A stretch of 64,000 bases of DNA from Candidatus Latescibacterota bacterium (GTDB taxonomy: Bacteria; Latescibacterota; UBA2968): positions 3,392,001 to 3,456,000 of the forward strand of contig OZ242195.1 of the NCBI GenBank assembly GCA_965205975.1. Direction: 5' to 3'. Positions within the stretch are counted from its first letter, which is position 1. Each line of letters opens with the position of its first letter. The notes under the pieces are model-generated. The model saw nothing but the letters and a program-made list of their open reading frames with translations, was not told the origin of the DNA and did no database searches. Below are positions 40,648 to 49,705 of the stretch, one piece after another. Made by a program: the position numbers and the translations under genes.

Positions 40648-41772
40648 ATGAAAATCACCAAACTCGAAACCTTCCTCGTCAAACCGCGCTGGCTCTTTCT
40701 CAAAATGCACACAGACGAGGGCCTCGTTGGCCTTGGCGAACCCATCCTCGAAGGACGCGCCCGTACCTGCGCTCAAGCCGTAGCAGAACTCGAACCCTAT
40801 CTCATTGGCAAAGACCCCCGTCGCGTGGTACATCACTGGCAGGCCATGTACCGCCATGCATTCTATCGCGGCGGACCCATTCTCACCAGTGCCCTATCCG
40901 GTGTTGAACAAGCACTTTGGGACCTCGCCGGAAAAGCTGCAAACATGCCCGTCTATGAAATGCTCGGCGGGCCCTTGCGCGACCGCATCAAAATGTACAA
41001 AGGCACGGGAGGGGGCGGCACGCCCGAACAGGCTGCTGCTGCAGTAAAAGAGCGTAAAAAACAGGGATTTATCGCCATAAAGACCGGCCCAGCCAAAATT
41101 CGCCCGGCGCGCATCGTCGAAAACCCGGCCTTTATCGATCACGCAGTCGAAACATTTGCCGCCATGCGCGAAGCGGGCGGACCGGACTTTGACATCGCCA
41201 TCGACTTTCACGGCGCCATATCACCGCAAACCGCCGCCATACTCATCAAAGCGCTCGAACCCTACCAGCCGATGTTTGTCGAAGAACCCATCCAGTGTCA
41301 AGACATAGAAGGCATGGCAGAACTCGCACGCAAAACCCACTTACCCATCGCAACAGGCGAACGCATCTTCACCAAATGGGGCTTCCGCGACCTCCTCGAA
41401 AAACGCGCCTGTTCCATCATACAGCCCGACCTGTCACACGCTGGCGGCATCTTCGAAACCCGTCTGATTGCGGGCATCGCAGAATCCTATTACGCAGCCG
41501 TTGCCCCGCACTGTCCGCTCGGCCCCATTTCATTAGCCGCCTGCATCCAGCTCGACGCCAGCATCCCCAACTTCCTCGCGCAAGAACACACCATGTTTGG
41601 CGAAGACTATCTCAAAGAACCGTTCCAATTCAAAGACGGCTACGTCGAATTGCCCAAAGGTCCCGGCCTTGGCATTGAACTGGACGACGACAAAATGGAA
41701 GACAAAATTGGCCACGACTGGAACAATCAAAGATCCCTTCACCCCGACGATGGATCGGTCGTCGATTGGTAA
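40648..41772 (+). CDS. dgoD: Galactonate dehydratase (enolase superfamily)
   Basis: PRWLFLK, YRGGPIL, DFHG, EEP, ATGER, QPDLSHAGGI, APHCPLGP. Confidence 0.9.
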   Translation: MKITKLETFLVKPRWLFLKMHTDEGLVGLGEPILEGRARTCAQAVAELEPYLIGKDPRRVVHHWQAMYRHAFYRGGPILTSALSGVEQALWDLAGKAANMPVYEMLGGPLRDRIKMYKGTGGGGTPEQAAAAVKERKKQGFIAIKTGPAKIRPARIVENPAFIDHAVETFAAMREAGGPDFDIAIDFHGAISPQTAAILIKALEPYQPMFVEEPIQCQDIEGMAELARKTHLPIATGERIFTKWGFRDLLEKRACSIIQPDLSHAGGIFETRLIAGIAESYYAAVAPHCPLGPISLAACIQLDASIPNFLAQEHTMFGEDYLKEPFQFKDGYVELPKGPGLGIELDDDKMEDKIGHDWNNQRSLHPDDGSVVDW

Positions 41773-41794
41773 AATAATTTCTCAAGGAGACCGC

Positions 41795-42532
41795 ATGACA
41801 CAACTCACCGGAAAAATCGCACTCGTCACCGGCAGTGGGCGGGGCATTGGCCGCGCCATTGCCATCGCCTTTGCCACAGAAGGAGCAGATCTCATACTCG
41901 CCGCACGCACCGCAGAACAACTCGATGCCGTTGCCGAAGAAATTCGCGCCCTCGGCCGCAATGTCCTGTCCGTACCCACCGATGTCACCAATCGCGAGAG
42001 CGTAGATGCCCTGGCAGAAAAAGTCCGCGGAGAATTTGACCGCCTGAACATTCTCGTCAACAACGCTGGCGGCGGCATAGAGCGCAACAGCATCCTCGGC
42101 AGCAATCCCGATCCCTGGATCGAAACCATCGCCGTAAACTGCATCAGCGCCTACCTCGTCTCGCACGCCCTGCTACCCCTCATGATCGAATCTGGCGGTG
42201 GCAGAGTTATCAACGTGGGATCGGGCATGGGCCATCGCCCCAGAGCGGGTAATTCTGCGTATAACGTCGGCAAAGCCGGCATGTGGATGTTCACCCGATG
42301 CCTGGCCGAAGAAGTCTGGGAAAACAACATCACAGTCAACGAACTCATCCCAGGCCCGGTAGCCACACATCTTACCGGAGATCGCATGAGAGTGGGTGGC
42401 CCACCGCCCTTCGCGCCCAGCGAAGTCGTCAAAGCCCCCGAAGATGTCGTCCCACTCGCCCTCTTCTTAGCCACCCAACCCGACGGGGGACCGACCGCTC
42501 AAACCTTCAGCCTGACCCGTCGTCCAATTTAG
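41795..42532 (+). CDS. SDR family oxidoreductase
   Basis: TGSGRGIG, NNAG, YNVGK. Confidence 0.9.
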   Translation: MTQLTGKIALVTGSGRGIGRAIAIAFATEGADLILAARTAEQLDAVAEEIRALGRNVLSVPTDVTNRESVDALAEKVRGEFDRLNILVNNAGGGIERNSILGSNPDPWIETIAVNCISAYLVSHALLPLMIESGGGRVINVGSGMGHRPRAGNSAYNVGKAGMWMFTRCLAEEVWENNITVNELIPGPVATHLTGDRMRVGGPPPFAPSEVVKAPEDVVPLALFLATQPDGGPTAQTFSLTRRPI

Positions 42533-42646
42533 AACGCGGATTACGCGGATTACGCAGAGGACACGGATTGAAGCTAAACCAAAAATCAGTTCAAATAGCC
42601 ATCGGATTACAGTATTGATCTTATCCATTTCAAAAAAGGAACAGCT

Positions 42647-44599
42647 ATGCCAAAAAAAATCATCGCCTATGGCATGGACGGCTTCATCACTCCCATGATG
42701 AAATACTTTGCCGACGAAGGCGTTATCCCAACTTTTAAACGCATGCTCGACGCAGGCGCAGTCAACGAAACCTTCCCCTCCTTCCCGGTCTGGACGCCCA
42801 CCAACTGGGCAACCCTCTCCACTGGCGCGCACACCGGCACGCACAGCGTCACGCGCTGGCGCGTCGAAGTCGCTCCCGGCGAACGCATCAACTCGTTTCA
42901 CGGCCGCGCCAACAATGCCCAACGCCTGTGGAACGCCCTCGAGCGAGAAGGCCTCAAAGGCGTTGCCCTGCACTATCCGGCAGCGCATCCCTCAGGCGTG
43001 GAAACAGGATATGTAATCGACGGCTTTGGCCACCCCGGACACGCCAGCACCGACTATGAAATCGCCGCAGCGCAGGCTTATACCACCGCCGAACACGTCG
43101 AAGAAATCGTACAAATGGACCACGACGGCACAGCCGTTCGCAGAAGACAGCGAAGCATAGAACCCATCCCAGCACTATCGCCCGCGGATGGCTGGACCAA
43201 TCTCCCGCAAAGCGCTGCCCCACCCCTCGTTTCCACCATTGCAATCCACGCGCGCCTCGGCGGCGACATCAACCGCTTTCACCTACTCGTCTTCGCCAGC
43301 GCCAACAGCGGATACGACACCCTGCGCGTCTGCCGATCCCAAAATGGCAACGACCACATCGCCGAAGCCACCACGGGATCGTGGAGCAACTGGGCCATCG
43401 AACCCTTCTGCATCGAAAGCCGCGAACAACGCGCCTCTGTGCGCTTCAAACTCCTCGAACTCGAACCCGATGGCTCCCATCTCAAGCTCTACCGCTCTCA
43501 GATCACTTATGGCGATGGCTTCACATATCCAGATGACCTCGCCGACGAACTCATCCAGCGATTTGGTCCCTATCAAGAACACGCCTCCATGACACCCTAC
43601 ACATCTGGCATGACCGACTTTGACACCGCCCTCGAAGAATGCGAATATCAGGGCCTCTGGTTTGCCGACGTCGCCAATTATATGCTCCACGAAAAAGATG
43701 CCAATTTCTTCATCTGTCACTGGCATCTCTACGACTACATCAACCACATCCACCTCGACGGCGTCGATCCGGTTTGCCCGGCTTACGACCCCGACAAAGC
43801 CGACGACGTCATGCACCTTTTCCGCAAAGCCTACATCGTTGGCGACAAAATTTTAAAACGCATGTGGGATGCCGCCGATGACACCACTTATGTCGGCGTG
43901 CTTTCCGATCACGGCGCATCGCCAGATGTGCGCATCGCCAATATCCGAAAATTCCTGCACGACAGTGGATTCACCGTCCTGAAAGCAGATGCCAGCGACG
44001 GCGTCGAGCGCGATGAAGTCCTGGAAAGAGAAATCGACTTTGAAAAAACCCGCGCCTACCTCAAAGACGACAAGGGATTCGACATCTGGATCAACGCCGA
44101 ACCCGGTCCCAAATTCGACGAAATCGAACGCGATGTCCTCCTCGCCCTTCGCACCTGGGTCGATGAAGACATCGGTCGCAATGTCGTCGCCATCGCCCTG
44201 CCCAGACGCGACGCGTACATACTCGGGCAATGGGGCGACCAGTGCGGCGACGTCATCTTCGCCTGGGACCACGGATTCGTCAGCGGGTACTACGGCCAGT
44301 GGAAAGGCATTGTGGGCGGCGGCTGCGTAGGCGCACCCGAAGTCTTCGGCGCACACCACGGCGGCTTCATCCCCACGCACAGCGACATCTCATCCAGCTT
44401 TGGTTCTTTCTTCCTATCGGGTCCCGGCATCAAAAAAGGCTACGAGCGTCCCACCGACAAACTCGGCTACATCCACGCCGCAGACGTAGTCCCCACGCTT
44501 TGCCACATCTTCGGTATTGCGCCACCCGACCAGAGCCAGGGCGCGGTTGCCTATGATATTCTCGAAGGGCATGAGATGGTGCGTGAACGACCTGAATAA
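42647..44599 (+). CDS. Alkaline phosphatase / nucleotide pyrophosphatase-phosphodiesterase family protein
   Basis: GMDG, WTPTNWATLSTG, SDHG, DVVPT. Confidence 0.8.
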   Translation: MPKKIIAYGMDGFITPMMKYFADEGVIPTFKRMLDAGAVNETFPSFPVWTPTNWATLSTGAHTGTHSVTRWRVEVAPGERINSFHGRANNAQRLWNALEREGLKGVALHYPAAHPSGVETGYVIDGFGHPGHASTDYEIAAAQAYTTAEHVEEIVQMDHDGTAVRRRQRSIEPIPALSPADGWTNLPQSAAPPLVSTIAIHARLGGDINRFHLLVFASANSGYDTLRVCRSQNGNDHIAEATTGSWSNWAIEPFCIESREQRASVRFKLLELEPDGSHLKLYRSQITYGDGFTYPDDLADELIQRFGPYQEHASMTPYTSGMTDFDTALEECEYQGLWFADVANYMLHEKDANFFICHWHLYDYINHIHLDGVDPVCPAYDPDKADDVMHLFRKAYIVGDKILKRMWDAADDTTYVGVLSDHGASPDVRIANIRKFLHDSGFTVLKADASDGVERDEVLEREIDFEKTRAYLKDDKGFDIWINAEPGPKFDEIERDVLLALRTWVDEDIGRNVVAIALPRRDAYILGQWGDQCGDVIFAWDHGFVSGYYGQWKGIVGGGCVGAPEVFGAHHGGFIPTHSDISSSFGSFFLSGPGIKKGYERPTDKLGYIHAADVVPTLCHIFGIAPPDQSQGAVAYDILEGHEMVRERPE

Positions 44600-44606
44600 A
44601 TAAAAC

Positions 44607-45401
44607 ATGACACAACAATTTGCCCTTGTTCTTATAGCCTGCCTGACGATTACATCCTGTACTTCTACGAAGGGCGCAACCGAGGCTGAGTTCAGCTTCA
44701 CTTTTCAAAGTGATGCCGAAGGCTGGATAGCCGGATTTGCCGATCTTCCCGCCAACTTCGAGCCATCAATCTACGAACTCGACTCCGGTTATCGCCCTCT
44801 GCCACAAGGTCTCGAAGGCAATGGTCTCTACATCCAGGGACATAATCGCAGCGATGACCTCTTCATGTTTTTCAAGAGGCGGATTGATGGGCTTAAGGCA
44901 GATGCGACCTACGCGGTATTCGCCTCCCTCGACCTGGCGACCAATGTTCCGTCCAACACCTTTGGCATCGGTGGCTCTCCCGGCGAGAGCGTGTACGTAA
45001 AAGCGGGCGTATCTACCGTTGAACCCGTAGCAGAGGGGGAAAACCTCAGACTGAACATCGACAAGGGAAACCAGTCCAACGACGGCGCGTCAATGGTCGT
45101 TATAGGAAACGTCGCTCATCCCGAGGTCGTCGGCAGAGAGTTTCGGCTCAAGTCTCTTGACAACGCCGACAATCCAGTGAATGTCACCACTGACAGCAAG
45201 GGCGGGCTTAAGGGATACGAGGCGTCTCTTGAAGTGGGTAAGGTTTATCGCATCATCCCCGATGACGAAGCCTCTGTCCATGGCTATATTCGCATCATTG
45301 ATGAAAGCGGTGAAAATTACGCTTTTGGCGACCACCGCTTTCATCGCGTTGACCTGCCCGATGCTGTTGGTGAAATTTTAGCATCTGCACAGCAGGAATA
45401 A
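44607..45401 (+). CDS. Chimeric ORF: antitoxin-like gene interrupted in frame by a lipoprotein-like domain
   Basis: 44610-44626 identical to 57351-57367; 45211-45373 matches 57382-57544 at 154/163 nt; intervening 584 nt encode VLIACLTITSC...GHNRSDDLFMF. Confidence 0.7.
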   Translation: MTQQFALVLIACLTITSCTSTKGATEAEFSFTFQSDAEGWIAGFADLPANFEPSIYELDSGYRPLPQGLEGNGLYIQGHNRSDDLFMFFKRRIDGLKADATYAVFASLDLATNVPSNTFGIGGSPGESVYVKAGVSTVEPVAEGENLRLNIDKGNQSNDGASMVVIGNVAHPEVVGREFRLKSLDNADNPVNVTTDSKGGLKGYEASLEVGKVYRIIPDDEASVHGYIRIIDESGENYAFGDHRFHRVDLPDAVGEILASAQQE

Positions 45402-45413
45402 ATAAAAGAGAGA

Positions 45414-45708
45414 TGTGCATAATTCATTTGTTGTGGTGCAACGACGTATAAAGTTTTTTCAATATTTTCCTTTTCATGCCTTCGGCGACCTACTTTTTGT
45501 CACCAGCAACAAAAAGTAGGCAAAAAATGCCGCTCTCAAACGCCGAGGGGCTGGCACAGCACAAATCGTTTTTGTAACACGACGCCATACAATGGCCTTC
45601 ACAGTTAGGATGCCATAAGGATGTCTGCTGCGAAACGGACTCACGCGCTGTGCGAGATGGCCTGAGTCGATAAAAATGCTGATGGCTTATTCTTTTGATT
45701 TATACACA
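45414..45708. mobile_element. MITE-like non-autonomous element (295 bp, TGT...ACA ends)
   Basis: Terminal inverted repeats TGTGCATAATTCA / TGATTTATACACA (11/13), internal CCTACTTTTTGT..ACAAAAAGTAGG palindrome; absent from the paralogous site near 57575. Confidence 0.65.
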
Positions 45709-45727
45709 CCCCTGAAAAAAGAATGAT

Positions 45728-46336
45728 ATGCTTGATATTCACAACCTTATGGCGGACCTATCCCAACACCGCCCGATATTCCATTCAGAAGCGGATTTCC
45801 AGCACGCTCTCGCCTGGCAAATTCACGAGATAATGCCAGATTGTGAGATTCGGTTGGAATTCCCACCCTTTTCGGATAAACGTATGTATCTGGACATCTG
45901 GCTCTCGACTTCGAGGATTGCGATTGAACTGAAGTTCGCTACTCGAAAGCTGGAATGTGAATGGAACGGCGAGAATTTTTCCCTCCGTGACCAAAGCGCC
46001 CAAGATGTGAAGCGGTACGATTTCCTTAAAGACATCCAGAGACTCGAGCAAGTAGTGATGGATGGAAACGCCGATGCAGGATTTGCAGTTCTGCTAACAA
46101 ACGATCATTTGTATTGGCAAGAACCAACGCGCAATACTACAGATGCAGACTTTCGCCTCCATGATAAGCGAAAAGTAGCGGCGGGCAAGTTATTGAGGTG
46201 GTCTGAAAACACCAGCCCAAAAACGCAAAAAGGGAGAGAAGAGCTTTGCTTAAAGAGTTCATATCACCTGCGCTGGCAAGATTACGGAGAGGAAAGAAAC
46301 CCATTGTTTCGATATCTCGCAGTCTCGATTAAATGA
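45728..46336 (+). CDS. Putative PD-(D/E)xK nuclease-fold protein (left copy)
   Basis: SEADFQ...E...YLDIW...IAIELK; paralog at 57588-58154. Confidence 0.7.
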   Translation: MLDIHNLMADLSQHRPIFHSEADFQHALAWQIHEIMPDCEIRLEFPPFSDKRMYLDIWLSTSRIAIELKFATRKLECEWNGENFSLRDQSAQDVKRYDFLKDIQRLEQVVMDGNADAGFAVLLTNDHLYWQEPTRNTTDADFRLHDKRKVAAGKLLRWSENTSPKTQKGREELCLKSSYHLRWQDYGEERNPLFRYLAVSIK

Positions 46337-46387
46337 GATTCTAAAAAAAATCAGGGAGTGCTGGTCATACAGAGCTTCAGAATGCAG

Positions 46388-46421
46388 AAAAGGGCTTGCA
46401 AGGTAGAATCCAAGCCCTTTT
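46388..46421. terminator. Bidirectional terminator
   Basis: AAAAGGGCTTG...CAAGCCCTTTT; paralog at 58214-58247. Confidence 0.7.
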
Positions 46422-46443
46422 ACATTTTTATATGAGACTCTCT

Positions 46444-46510
46444 TTAATGCCCAAAATCCTGGACAAAGATCAAAAAATCTCCAATACCAACCTGTCCATC
46501 ACACTCCAGA
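46444..46510 (-). pseudogene. 3' remnant of a dockerin/EF-hand-tailed protein gene
   Basis: ...DGQVGIGDFLIFVQDFGH* resembles the tail of the 5281 protein (DGVINFADFLIFVSVFG). Confidence 0.6.
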
Positions 46511-46762
46511 CATATAGCACATCGTAGTTTACGTGACCAACTGCGTAACCAAAATAAGATGGAATTTGAAAAAGGAAAGACTACTCTTTCAAAATCTGAG
46601 TATATTATAAAGATGCAAACATCTAAAAACAGGTAAGAGAGGTGTAATTGCGTCAGCAAATATTTGTTATAAAGGAACTTATGTACGTGGGGGATCTGAC
46701 CGAGTGCAGTTATAAAACAAACAAGGAAATTCAGAATCTCCTGAATATTAAGGAATTACAAT

Positions 46763-48976
46763 ATGTATTATGCACATTCTCTGGAGGGCCGTCCTGAGGA
46801 ATACTGGCAGCTATTAAAGGATCATCTTCTTGCCGTCCAAAAAGAAGCCGCTGATCGGGGTCGCAAGTTTGGCGCGGGTCAAGCAGCGGGTCAAGCCGGG
46901 CTTTTTCACGATATTGGCAAATACACAAAACCGTACCAAAAACGTCTGCGTGGCGGACCAGCGGTTGATCACGCGACCGCTGGTGCAAAAATGGTCAACA
47001 CCCTGGCGGATGCTGCTATGGACCGGGCAATGGCACAACTCATCGCCTATGCCATTGCTGGACACCATGGGGGTCTGCCGGATATGCATCGTGAAACCGG
47101 TTCTCTTGAGGAACGGTTGAAAAAGACACTCGACCCCCTTGACTCGACCTGGATGGCAGAAATTCAGCCGGATGTTACCGGTCTTTGGCCTGAAGAATTC
47201 ATACGTGGAAAAGACCGTGAAACGATAGCATTTCAGCTTTCCTTCCTGACACGGATGACATTCTCTTGTCTCGTTGACGCAGACTTCCGCGACACCGAGA
47301 ACTTTTACGCTACCGCAGAAGGCAAGACCATTGACCGCGATTGGCCGATGCTTCCAGAAGCAGTTGACCAACTACTCGATAGTCTCAACAATCACCTCGC
47401 GGGATTTGATAGCAAAGGCAAGGTCAACCGTCTGCGCCGCGAGATTCTGGCGCATGTTCGAGATCAAGCCGATTGCCCTCCGGGCCTGTTCTCGCTCAAT
47501 GTACCGACTGGCGGCGGCAAAACCCTGACCTCCCTCGCCTTCGCCCTTGACCATGCCAAAGCACATGGGCTTGAGCGCATCGTCTATGCGATTCCCTTTA
47601 CATCAGTGATTGACCAGACCGCAGCCATCTTCCGTAAAGTACTTGGCAACAGAGTGATTCTCGAACACCATTCGGCAATTGACGAAACCAGATTCACACA
47701 GCGGGAGGGAGGCGAAAAACTCCGTCTCGCCATGGAGGATTGGACAACCCCCATCGTCGTAACCACAAATGTCCAACTCTTTGAAAGCCTGTTTTCCCAT
47801 CGTCCCTCGCGCTGCCGCAAGTTGCACAACCTGACTCGCTCGGTAATTGTCCTCGACGAAGCGCAAACTATCCCTCTGCATGTGCTACGACCTTCAGTTG
47901 CCGCGCTTGACGAACTCGCCCGTAACTATGGTTCTTCAATCGTACTCTGCACCGCAACACAACCCGCACTTAAGGCACCAGATTTCAAAGGAGGATTTGA
48001 CCAGGTCCGCGAACTCGCCCCCAACCCACCGCGCCTGCACCGGCAACTCGCTCGCGTCACCATCTCCCACGAAGGTGTACTGAGCGATGAGGACCTGCTC
48101 AATACTCTCTCGCAAACAAAACAAGGGCTGGTTATTGTCAACAGCCGAAAACACGCTCTGGCCCTCTTCCAGCAAGCCAAAGAATATGAGCTCGAGGGCA
48201 TTATACACCTGACCACACGCCAATACGCAGCACACCGCCGTCGCATTCTTGAAAGTGTGCGCCAGCGTCTCGCTGCCACCAAACCCTGCCGAGTGATTGC
48301 CACTTCGCTGGTTGAGGCAGGCGTTGATCTGGACTTTCCGAGAGTTTGGCGGGCCGAGGCAGGACTGGATTCGATTGCCCAGGCCGCTGGGCGATGTAAC
48401 AGAGAAGGGTATGGTGAAAAATCAGATAGCATTGTCACCGTGTTCCAGTCAGAAGAATACCCAAGCCCACCTGAGTTGCGCGAACTCGCTGGAGATATGC
48501 AACGCATCAGGGGGCATCATAATGACTTGCTCTCGCCGGAAGCTATGGAAGATTATTTTCAAGAGGTGTATTGGCGCAAAGGCGATGGTCTCGGTGATGA
48601 TATTCTGAGAAAATTCAAAGCTGACCAGAACGGAACATCGTTCTCCTTTCGCGAGGTTGGCGAGACATTCCGCTTGATCAAAAGCGGACAGGAGCCGGTG
48701 ATCATCGCCCGAGAAGAGAAAGCGCACGAGGCGGTGCGATCACTCGCTTATGCTGAACGGCCCGGCGGCATAGCGCGGAGACTCCAGCCTTATATTGTGC
48801 AAGTTCACCCTCATTTTCGGACGCAACTGGTAAAAAACAATCACGTCTATTTCGCGGCGCAGGAACGCTTTGGCGACCAGTTCGCTGTTCTCTTCACAGG
48901 AAGCCTCTATCGAGAAGATGTCGGCCTTCTTTGGGAGGACGCGGATACCTTGGGCGATGAGGTGATGCTGATATAA
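46763..48976 (+). CDS. cas3: Type I-C Cas3 (HD nuclease-helicase)
   Basis: YAHS, HDIGK, GHHGGL, LVDAD, PTGGGKT, DEAQ, QAAGRCNR. Confidence 0.95.
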   Translation: MYYAHSLEGRPEEYWQLLKDHLLAVQKEAADRGRKFGAGQAAGQAGLFHDIGKYTKPYQKRLRGGPAVDHATAGAKMVNTLADAAMDRAMAQLIAYAIAGHHGGLPDMHRETGSLEERLKKTLDPLDSTWMAEIQPDVTGLWPEEFIRGKDRETIAFQLSFLTRMTFSCLVDADFRDTENFYATAEGKTIDRDWPMLPEAVDQLLDSLNNHLAGFDSKGKVNRLRREILAHVRDQADCPPGLFSLNVPTGGGKTLTSLAFALDHAKAHGLERIVYAIPFTSVIDQTAAIFRKVLGNRVILEHHSAIDETRFTQREGGEKLRLAMEDWTTPIVVTTNVQLFESLFSHRPSRCRKLHNLTRSVIVLDEAQTIPLHVLRPSVAALDELARNYGSSIVLCTATQPALKAPDFKGGFDQVRELAPNPPRLHRQLARVTISHEGVLSDEDLLNTLSQTKQGLVIVNSRKHALALFQQAKEYELEGIIHLTTRQYAAHRRRILESVRQRLAATKPCRVIATSLVEAGVDLDFPRVWRAEAGLDSIAQAAGRCNREGYGEKSDSIVTVFQSEEYPSPPELRELAGDMQRIRGHHNDLLSPEAMEDYFQEVYWRKGDGLGDDILRKFKADQNGTSFSFREVGETFRLIKSGQEPVIIAREEKAHEAVRSLAYAERPGGIARRLQPYIVQVHPHFRTQLVKNNHVYFAAQERFGDQFAVLFTGSLYREDVGLLWEDADTLGDEVMLI

Positions 48977-49042
48977 TTGATAAAGGTTTCCCCGTTCAGG
49001 GAATATTGAAACACCATAATACCAGAGAAAAGGAGTTTATCC

Positions 49043-49705
49043 ATGTTCGGAATACGCCTACGTGTGGAAGGTGAATACGCCTGTTTCACTCGACCAGAGA
49101 TGAAGGTCGAACGCGTATCCTACGACGTCATGACGCCTTCGGCAGCACGCGGCATCTTAGAGGCTATCCACTGGAAGCCAGCCATTGTCTGGCGCATTGA
49201 CCGCATCCATGTCCTTAAACCCATTCGATTCCAGTCAATCCGGCGCAACGAGGTCGGCAACAAAATTCCCATGGGTTCTGTCCGCACAGCGCGAAACAGA
49301 GGCTCTATTGAGTCCCTCTACACAAAAATTGAGAATGATCGCCAGCAACGCGCCGCCACTGTTCTGTTCGATGTCGATTACGCCATCGAAGCACACTTTG
49401 ACATGACGGACAAAGCAAGCGAAAACGATAACGAGGGCAAACACCTCGACATCTTCAACCGCCGAGCGAGACGCGGGCAGTGCTTTCACCAACCCTGTCT
49501 CGGAACGCGGGAATTTACCGCATACTATACACTGATTGAGCACGAAGAAGACATACCACCAGCGATTGATGAGACCCGCGACCTGGGATATATGCTCTAC
49601 GACATTGACCATGAAAACGGGCGACAACCATTATTTTTTCGCGCCCAAATGAAACAGGGCGTTGTCGAAATCCCTTCACCCAACTCGCCGGAGATACTGC
49701 GATGA
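49043..49705 (+). CDS. cas5c: Type I-C Cas5c
   Basis: ACFTRPEMKVERVSYDVMTPSAARG, IRRNEV, LGTREF. Confidence 0.97.
   Translation: MFGIRLRVEGEYACFTRPEMKVERVSYDVMTPSAARGILEAIHWKPAIVWRIDRIHVLKPIRFQSIRRNEVGNKIPMGSVRTARNRGSIESLYTKIENDRQQRAATVLFDVDYAIEAHFDMTDKASENDNEGKHLDIFNRRARRGQCFHQPCLGTREFTAYYTLIEHEEDIPPAIDETRDLGYMLYDIDHENGRQPLFFRAQMKQGVVEIPSPNSPEILR

Noticed and set aside
46559..46636. 25-codon ORF upstream of cas3 as a CreT-like toxin
   Set aside because: No clear RBS or flanking repeat-like sequence; lies in AT-rich promoter DNA
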